Below, piece after piece: positions 55,689 to 64,000 of a stretch of DNA of 64,000 nucleotides (position 1 is the stretch's first letter; every line of letters starts with the position of its first letter). Made by a program: the position numbers and the translations under genes. Source of the stretch: Octopus sinensis (taxonomy: Eukaryota); contig NC_043011.1 in NCBI RefSeq assembly GCF_006345805.1, positions 58,788,464 to 58,852,463 of the forward strand, in the 5' to 3' direction. The notes under the pieces were generated by a model. That model was not told where the DNA came from. It made no database searches and saw nothing but the letters and a program-made list of their open reading frames with translations.

Positions 55689-57299
55689 AACATACCTGTT
55701 TGATTTCCACTCTCCCTAAACACAATAAAATATGCTTGGGCACACGAATTCACATAAAGAATTTTGCAAACGATATACAAAAACAAAGTATATACACATA
55801 TATTACATCCATAGAGGAAGAGTGAGAAAGAGAGTGAGGAAATAATTGTAAGAAAATGCCTAGGGAAATGTATTGTAGATAAACGAAGAAACATTGTGTA
55901 GAGTTTTAACTCAGCAGCTCCCGGTTTCGATTACTCAAGATGATTTCTTCGTGCTGAGTAAAATGGAAAATGATAAAATATATGAAATTGAATTAAACTT
56001 TCGTTAAGTCAGTCCCATTACTTCATATATTTCTCTTTTAAAGATTAAATAGTGCAGGAATTCAGTTCCTTTCGACAGCCGCTCTTTCGTAGTGGGTAAA
56101 TGAAAATGTTGGTTGGTCTGCTTGGAAGACGGGCAGTAATTTTATTCGAACGAGATAATGCTTCCTTGTTGTTTCACCAGACTTTTATCAGTCTAGTAGT
56201 AGTAGCGGTATTGCTTTATAGCAGTAGTCCATCGAAAACCTAAGAGTAATCGATGTGTTGGTCAGTGGAATGGTATTGCTAAGAGTTATTATCTCTCTTT
56301 TCGTGTTATAGGAATTTAGACATGCGTTGGTAATGAATAACATTTCTTTGATAATGCGTTGAATTGTGTTATTACAAAATCTATAAAGAGAAACACCGTA
56401 AAGTTTAATATATCGACACATGTGTCTATATATAGGTGTCCTACATGTTTCTATCCCCGTATTTTACTTTGGGAATTGAGACAACATTTATCCCACCATG
56501 AAACATATTTTTCCTAGATATGATTTCATTCCAGAACTTCCGAACTACACAGGATGTAAGATCAGAATGGCCGTTGTGAAGTCTGAAGGTAATAGTTTTG
56601 ATAGTTCTTAATTTGTTGAAGAGACAGATAAAACATAGATGTCAAAACACTGCTGCATATACGTCCACATGGTTGTCTTCACTTTTGAGTGATTAAAAGA
56701 TGTGGTTGAGAAATGATAGTAGCGCTTGTTCGGTTATGCATCGGAATGTCGAAATAACAAAAAAACAACGTGTTGTGAAGCTGATGATTTTCAAGGAAGG
56801 AAGGAAAGACAGATGAGGTTCTACTTTCCGGGACTCGGATGCATGGCGTGATTTCACCATGACAGCTGATGCATAGAACCCTAAAAGGAACTGATGGAGA
56901 TCCTGTGTAAGACGGAAATATGGGGGCATTTTTGTGAGAGATGTAATGTAGAAAAATGGAGGCGGGGACGGCAAATCTATTGTTTTTAGGTGGTCGAAGT
57001 TGAAACAGCCGGAGAGTCGATGCATTGAGGAATGTTTGAGAAATTGCAGGAGATGCTGGTGATATGTCCATATGTGTGCATAGAGAGAAACATGCAGGCC
57101 GGAACACACATATATGCATACACACACGTGTCTATCGACATTCATATGCATAGAACAAAAATTTTACATATATATTCTCAACCAACAAAATATAAATTTG
57201 AGTGGAGTTTCACGTGTATTACTATAGGTTTATATGCATACATAATTATACAGCTATATATATATTTAATATGAATAAATATGTAAAGAATTCAATATT

Positions 57300-57564
57300 G
57301 ATAAATATATACATTATTTGCATTATTTAATTTTGACGGATATTTGTCCTCACGTTGTTTGTTGTTAACACAACGTTTCGGTTGATATACCCTCCAGCAT
57401 TCATCAGGTGTCTTGGGCAATTTTGAACCTGGGTTCTCATTCCTAAGGTATTTTACGATGTTATATTATTATTATTTTTTTAATTTTTTTTTTTTTATTC
57501 AAGTCAGTGCCTCGAATCGAACTCGGAATCTTGGGGTTAGTAGCCCGCGCTCTTAACCACTACG
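57300..57564 (-). mobile_element. tRNA-headed element with PLE-type hammerhead tail (5'-clipped)
   Basis: Minus strand: cgtagtggttaagagcgcgggctactaaccccaagattccgagttcgattc (A and B boxes), A-rich linker, then GACAC CTGATGA A TGCTG..CAACC GAAA CG TT GTGTT. Confidence 0.75.
57367..57412 (-). ncRNA. minimal type I hammerhead motif (core intact, stem II with two mismatches)
   Basis: GACAC CTGATGA A TGCTG gagggtatat CAACC GAAA CG TT GTGTT. Confidence 0.55.
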
Positions 57565-57730
57565 GAATGAGAACTCAGGTTCGAAACTTTCCCCAAAGAC
57601 ACCCGATGAAGGCTGGAGGGTATATCAGCCGAAACTTTGTTTTAACAACAAAGAAGATAAGGACAAATATCCGTCAAATGTAAATAATGTAAATAATGTA
57701 CATAATTCCTCATTTCTTAAATATAGAACT
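57564..57730 (+). mobile_element. inverted, head-less second copy of the same tail
   Basis: 57564-57700 is the reverse complement of ~57315-57450. Confidence 0.85.
57598..57643 (+). ncRNA. minimal hammerhead motif (stem II perfect, core U4>C)
   Basis: GACAC CCGATGA A GGCTG gagggtatat CAGCC GAAA CT TT GTTTT. Confidence 0.5.
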
Positions 57731-57841
57731 GATAAATATACATAAGCTATTTTCCTAAAAGTCAAACTTTTTCGTATTTATTCATTTCAGAATTGTATCT
57801 TGTTAACATGTTCCCCGTCGAACCTCTGCCATTTGTCACTA

Positions 57842-58225
57842 GAAGAAGCACTCCATCGGTTACGACGATGAAGGTTCCGGTTGATACGATCAACGGAACA
57901 GCCTGCTCGTCAAATTAACGTGTAAGTGGCTGAGCACTCCACAGACACGTGTACCCTTAATGTAGTTCTCGGGGATATTCAGCGTGACACAGAGTGTGAC
58001 AAGGCCGGCCCCTTGAAATACAGATACAACAGAAACAGGAAGTAAGAGTGAGAGAAAGTTGTGGTGATAGAGTACAGCAGGGATCACCACCATCCTCTGC
58101 CGGAGCCTCGTGGAGCTTTATATGTTTTCGCTCAATAAACACTCACAACGCCCGGTCTGGGAATCGAAACTGCGATCCTACGACCGCGAGTCCGCTGCCC
58201 TAACCACTGGGCCATTGCGCCTCCA
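57842..58225 (-). mobile_element. tRNA-derived SINE, family D, full length with 13-bp target-site duplication
   Basis: Head ggcgcaatggcccagtggttagggcagcggactcgcgg...gtttcgattccc; short (CTT)n tail; ccatttgtcacta at 57829-57841 and 58226-58238. Confidence 0.92.
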
Positions 58226-58937
58226 CCATTTGTCACTAACAAGATCGCCCAACTTTTGTTGAAAATCTGTCACAGTGATATTTTTCTATAAATTTCGGGA
58301 CGTTTTCTTTCGAATTATTTCATTTTTCTTTCTCTTTTACTTTGGTTCTAAGTGTTTTATAGCAATATTGCTATTTGAGTTTCAATATTTGTTCACATCG
58401 TTATTTTGCCTCTTTGTCTGTGATGTATATTTATTTATTCATTTCATAATCATTATTATTTCTTTTACAGTCATAAATATTTTTTTTTATTAGTACCATC
58501 TTTTTCCTCATAGTGGCTGGTTTCAAAATGTTTTTCGCTTTGTAGATAGAAATAATGTCAAACTCTCTCCTTATAGAGAAAGGATTTAATGTTAGCTTCT
58601 TGCTGGGTGATGCGTTTATCTGTTATGGTAATAAATAAAATATATATTCTATAGAAAATACTAAATGATGCTTTCGAACATATAAACGTACCTAATCTTG
58701 ATACAAAAACTGATAGGCGCAGTCTGATACTTACATGCACGCACACACACACATGCACACACATATATGTATACACGCACACACACACACATATATATAT
58801 GGATATATATATGGGTGCCAATATATATATATATGTGTATATATTTATATATACTTACGTATATAAGAAAATAAATATGTATATGTATATATATATATAT
58901 ATAGTTATATATATATACATATATAATCATACACACA

Positions 58938-58977
<40 letters not shown>

Positions 58978-59694
58978 TATATATATACATATAAATATAC
59001 ACACAAATAGGTATATATGTAGGTACACACACATGCACATACTAACGCTCCCACATATGGGTATGGATGCATAGATACACTAATATGTAAATGTGTATGG
59101 GCACCCGTGTGTGTGCATATGAGAGACCCATACAAAAATATTCTGCTGTATGTAATTTTTGCTTTCTTTTATTTTTACGACGTCTGCATTATATTTTTCC
59201 TTATTACAGCAAAATATGCTAAAAACTATAATGCAATGAAATATCCTGTGCTATATGCATATTTTCCAAAACATAATTTCAGACAGTTGATATGTGTACA
59301 CAGTGAATAGTCTTAGTATATTCAGAACTGTTTCCCATTAGGACAAAATACAATCAATATATAGTGTTTATTCCACAATAAAAGAAATGGACGAATGATG
59401 ATCATGATTTTTTTTAAATAAATAAATATGTTGTACGCATGTAGAGAATAGAATCTAGAAATTACTAAAATTCATATGTGAAGACAAAGAAGAATAACAA
59501 TAAAATATACAAACACCACCAGACTCAGCCGTAATGGTAAGAAGACTGACGTTAAGAATATAGAGATATGTCCCGAAACTAATTTGCGAAAGATGTAGTC
59601 AGACTTTATCGGTGAATAGTTTGCAGACAGGTTGTATAATGTTTTTAATACGCATGCGTTTTAAAATAAGCGAAAATGAATATCGCATTTGTTG

Positions 59695-60475
59695 TTCCAA
59701 AGTGCAGGTTTGATGGCGTCATGAGTGTGTCGTACATCGCCCAGAGCAGGAAGGAGATGCAAAAAGGTTCAAGCCTCCACAGCTCAGTCCATGTGATTTT
59801 CCTCTTAGGGAGGTCACATTTAGTCCATACAACCTGAGATACTAACTCCGTAGCTCTTGATTTTGTTCTTTCTTCCTCTCTCGTACCGCACCGCTTCCAT
59901 TGTTGGAAATAGGAAGTATCAAGACCCTGGCGACTCCTGCATGTAACTGCAACGATTTACTGTAGCTCCAGCATGCCTTTAGCTTGAGCGACTGTGGTGC
60001 TAGTAACCCTCTTTCGTCCCCCCCCCTTATGGTACATGCATGGCTGACACGCTTGTCCATAAAGTCTCCGTATATCACTGCAATATTGCATTTTACTAAT
60101 TTAAATTCCTCTAACACGGACGACCGATGAATTTTTAGCTGACATGATCGTATGTACAGACCTATTGAAGTATCGCTTGGGGGAACACCTAACCATCTTC
60201 GAAGGTATATATTTATCTTCCTGTCCACCATTTCCACACTTATCATCGGAATATCATACAACGTCAATAACCACATGAGCCTTTGGAGCAGCCTGTGTTG
60301 GGAGAGCTATGTCCTCAACTTTCCTGGAAGCTGTGATCTATCAATCGTCATCAGCCACTCCACTGCTTACTTCACAATGTTGGTGACATTGCTTCTATCT
60401 GAGAGAGACTTGTTAAACATCTTTCCAAGGCATTTCATGGGATTTTCCTCTATATTGTATGAGGAATACCGAGTG
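59695..60475 (-). mobile_element. HERO-like (R2-type) non-LTR retrotransposon internal fragment, pseudogenised
   Basis: EENPMKCLGKMFNKSLSDR...LPGK...LMWLLTLYDIPM...YLRRWLGVPPS..SIGLY...SVLEEFK...KRKITWTELWRLEPFCISFLLWAMYDTLMTPSNLH; stops and frameshifts. Confidence 0.8.
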
Positions 60476-60480
60476 TCTTC

Positions 60481-60880
60481 ATGATTGACTTGCAGGGCTC
60501 GTTGTCAATTATAGCCTGAATCTCATCAACGAATTGACGAGTTATTTTCTTATTAGAACAATCAGAGGGAGTTTTCCGGGATGTCGTACCTTCATAAACT
60601 CCATTCGACTCATCCAGCTCTTGCCGAATCATCTGCACTGTCCTCTGATTAACATCCAAACACACTGAATTGCTCGTATTGGAGTTTCCGGTACAAATAC
60701 CAAGCAGTACTTCAATGTGAAGTACTGGCTGAGTGAATTGTGTCATGGTGCTGTTTTTTCTGACAGGCGGTGCCCAATTGCCCTTACTATATGGTGTCAT
60801 CCACAAAATCCAAAACAAACAATGCACATGCGCAAAATTAGATATATAATATGGCGACAATTTACCCATCGCATGTTGTA
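60481..60880 (-). mobile_element. Tc1/mariner (maT/DD37D-like) 5' end with transposase N-terminus, truncated
   Basis: LLGICTGNSNT..SVCLDVNQRTVQMIRQELDESNG.YEGT..RK...KKIT.QFVDEIQAIIDNEP.KSI is an HTH-region pattern; the DDD domain is absent. Confidence 0.7.
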
Positions 60881-61026
60881 CTCTGTGTCTATGTGTATAT
60901 CCGTATGTATATATATATATAGGTTCACCAAAATTTAGATTCAGAGGGATATGGTACTTAAGTTAAAGGCACTTTATAATAATAAAATTTTGTATGGTAT
61001 TATCCATATAAATCAAATGGGGTGAT

Positions 61027-61185
61027 TATAATCAAAATAAGTAACAAGGATATCCAAGGTAGAGTACTACAATTGTTTCATGCTACTTCATTTTATTAAA
61101 TAAAATGAAAATATTTATTAAATAAAACGAAGTAGTATGAAACAATTGTACTACTCTACCTTGGATATCATTGTTGCTTATTTTG

Positions 61186-61191
<6 letters not shown>
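61027..61191. repeat. fold-back element, ~70 bp inverted arms
   Basis: Arms 61027-61097 and 61119-61191; same family as 7270 and 9692. Confidence 0.9.
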
Positions 61192-61229
<38 letters not shown>

Positions 61230-61581
61230 TGAATGCATGTGTGTATGTGTTTGTCTGTGTGTTTGAGGGCCTGTATGTATGTACCCTTGCACATACACTT
61301 AAAATTCATTCAAATACACATTTACAAAACCGAATTCATAATTTCTTGTTTATTTCCAATTTAGTGAGTGACTGATTATTCTGGAACGAGTGTGTATTCG
61401 TGTCACGTTTTTACCGCATGTTTATCATAGAATATTAACTTGGCAGCTCTTTATATTTGAGAGTGCTTACCGCTGAGATAAAGCTGAATATCAAAACACA
61501 CGTGATGTTACGCATGGTTACTTCCGTTTCGTCTTCTCTTCTGGTAATTGTTGAAAAATCTCATATCATGGCTGAACGATC

Positions 61582-61622
61582 CTAATTGGTTTGTTCTATG
61601 GTGACTTCTTCCGGTGAAATTC
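61582..61622 (-). CDS. candidate terminal coding exon (G)ISPEEVTIEQTN* of an unknown gene
   Basis: Strong acceptor tttttatttttttttcag| on the minus strand; AATAAA (minus) near 61349-61354; no homology recognised. Confidence 0.15.
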
Positions 61623-63204
61623 CTGAAAAAAAAATAAAAACGTCACGTGTGAACTGACAAATTTGGATCGTTGGATCGTTCAGCCCTGATTAAAAGCAAT
61701 CCTAGAACAATCCGAACAAAAAGAATCAAACCAGAAATTGAATTAACCAAGCAGAACACAAAGAGTGGTTCGAATATTCAGTGTTATCTCGACAGTCAGC
61801 AATTTCAAGTAAGAGTAATGATGACACGAACGCTCTGTGCTAAGCAAACTCCGAGAATTAGAGTCGAGGTAGATATGGCATATCTCCAGGACATTCCATC
61901 TTACACCATTTTAATATACTGGATAGTCGCTGAGTTTTTTTTTAATTAAGCAAGCATATCGTTGTTGCATTCATCTGTGGACAGAAAAATAATATATATG
62001 ACAACAGTGATCATAGATATTCTTCCTGTAGCCAACCACCTCACCAGTTGTTGTATAGTTAAGTATGAACAATGACCGCCTCTCAGTACCTCACTGTATT
62101 TCAAAGTCAAGATGATCCACTTCATATACGGAATAAGCAGATTCCCAATATGACTTATATGTCTATTTTAACATGCAATATGCTTTCTCTCAACACTCAA
62201 CTTATGGCCTTAAACCAAGGAAGCTAAGTTATCTCCTAGTTCTTAGTTCAAACCAACTTAGTATTTCATACCTGATTATTATTGCAAATTCCCTTTATTA
62301 CAAAATAGATATCATCGTTGCACTAATATGCGCCCCTTGTCTGTCATTTTCGTTTCGTAGACATTTTCTATCTTCAAACACATTGACTCAAGATGAAATG
62401 TCCTCAATTTCTTCGCACGACTACCAGCCCACAATATACTGCAGAACATCCAAAATCCTATTATTCAATATAGCTTCTCCGGTCAAACATAGTTGTATTC
62501 TTATATTTTATCACAGCTTAGTGTTGTCAGTCATATCGTGTCTTAATTTTTTTTTCTCCATAGCAAAACTGGACATATTTTTGCCCGCGTTGTAGTTGAT
62601 GAAGTGCTGTTTGGACTTTCCTTATGGATATTCTGTTATTATTATTCGATCGTTTACCTATGTTCAGGCAAACGTACTTTGGTCTACTTTATAACGCGTC
62701 TCGAGCCTATTGTTCAAGATAATATTGTAAAATGAACGTCCGTTTGTAAACATGACATGTGACGAGTGTTTAGGGGATATCTAGAGAATATATAAGGTGC
62801 CATTTGAAATATTACTTAAATTGTATGTTCCTGTATGACATACTTTTTGATGGTATTTTTTCCTTACTTCCGCACCAGTTAATAGAGTTTATATCTTTTT
62901 CCATAAACGCTTCATGTTTTTTCCTGCTTTAGGATTTTTTCGGCCTTTACTGCGGTCTCCTACTTCGTAGCATAATGGTTTTAATTGGATACGCTCCAAG
63001 TGCATAGTGAACGCGTACATTTTCCGTTTCTTCATTCTTGCGTAGGCGATTTAGATTTCTCGTATGACCCTAACACTCAATACCCTCGAAGTCTACACTC
63101 TGAACGACTCTTATGTTGAAATTTCTGTATTTTCTATGTCATTCAATTTCTGTTTTATATTTAGAATGGTGGAGATGTTGTCTATTAGGAATGGTTTCCT
63201 ACCT

Positions 63205-63260
63205 TTCCATATCTGAAGATATGTTTCACTGCTTCCATATCTGAAGATATGTTTCACTAC
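63205..63260 (+). repeat. 2 x 28 bp tandem repeat
   Basis: ttccatatctgaagatatgtttcact(g/a)c twice. Confidence 0.9.
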
Positions 63261-63415
63261 TTCCACTACTGAACGACACAAAGGAACATATCCAAATGAA
63301 TATCAGAAAGATCTCCATTACTGCATCGATGCATATCATCAGTTATAATACATAACATTTTGAGTAACCACACACACACACACACACACACATACACACA
63401 CACACACACACACAA

Positions 63416-63467
<52 letters not shown>

Positions 63468-64000
63468 TCCCTTCAGGCACTCAACTTCCGATTGCAATAT
63501 CATGTGTTGGTTAACTTACTCTGGCTTTCTTATACGCAGACTCATTCACTCAGGCTTGATTGGAGCTGACATTTTTAGTGTCAATATTTTCACTATTAAC
63601 TGGTGAAAAAATACTTGTATAGTTTCATTGACGTACCTGATAAATACTATGGTAAGCTTGAAAAACAAGCATATATGGTAAGCTCCATATGCCTCTATGG
63701 ATATTGCATCCTCTGTCAGGATGACCTGAATACATTAAAAAAATCTAATATTGCTATTTTCCAGAATTTGACTACGTGTCTAATTACGTAAACAGCATTG
63801 CAGTTTCCACAGATGTCCTTCTATAGAATTACTTTAATTATATAATTAGAAATAAGAAACGAAGGGAATGCGCCAACCCTTAATAGGGTAATTCAATAGT
63901 TAGGATGGCATAAATCTCTCTAGCTTTTTACTGATTTTGTAAAATATAATTGTCATTTGGGTTGGCTACACAAATTATTCATAGAATGTTATGAGTTTGT

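Noticed and set aside
56680-57060. Overlapping 148-152 aa minus-strand ORFs
   Set aside because: Composition suggests the antisense of a decayed LINE endonuclease region; not convincingly coding on either strand.
1846-59310. Most ORFs in the track (YIYIYI, HTHTHT, CVCVCV, SLSLSL, poly-L/I)
   Set aside because: They are translations of TA, CA, GA and AAT microsatellites or of SINE bodies, with no coding signature.
62173-62595. 140-aa plus-strand ORF
   Set aside because: AT-driven F/L/I/S-rich composition with no domain recognised.
1-64000. Frequent phase slips in (TA)n arrays (tatattatat, atataatata); CRISPR, rRNA or true tRNA genes
   Set aside because: The slips may be sequencing or consensus errors. 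No CRISPR array or rRNA was seen, and all tRNA-like sequences are SINE heads lacking complete cloverleaves.

Overview
AT-rich eukaryotic DNA, very probably from an octopus. This is an inference from the repertoire of abundant tRNA-derived SINEs and the extreme (TA)n/(CA)n/(GA)n load. I found no protein-coding gene I can recognise; the window reads as intronic or intergenic, and nearly all ORFs in the track are microsatellite or antisense-repeat artefacts. Contents: about 25 copies of 4-5 tRNA-derived SINE families, decayed LINE pieces (HERO-like, RTE-like, CR1-like), a Tc1/mariner (maT-like) transposase fragment, two near-identical tandem duplications, several fold-back palindromes, and many short Penelope-like element (PLE) termini. 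The most interesting signal is that these termini, from at least four sequence families, each carry a minimal type I hammerhead ribozyme motif (stem I - CUGANGA(A) - stem II - GAAA - tiny palindromic stem III - UH - stem I') with family-specific compensatory stems. One of them (57.3-57.7 kb) is fused to a tRNA-like Pol III head, suggesting a hammerhead-bearing SINE mobilised by a PLE. All individual copies here carry some mutations, so activity is not claimed. Family assignments come from recalled motifs, not database searches, and the boundaries of decayed elements are approximate.
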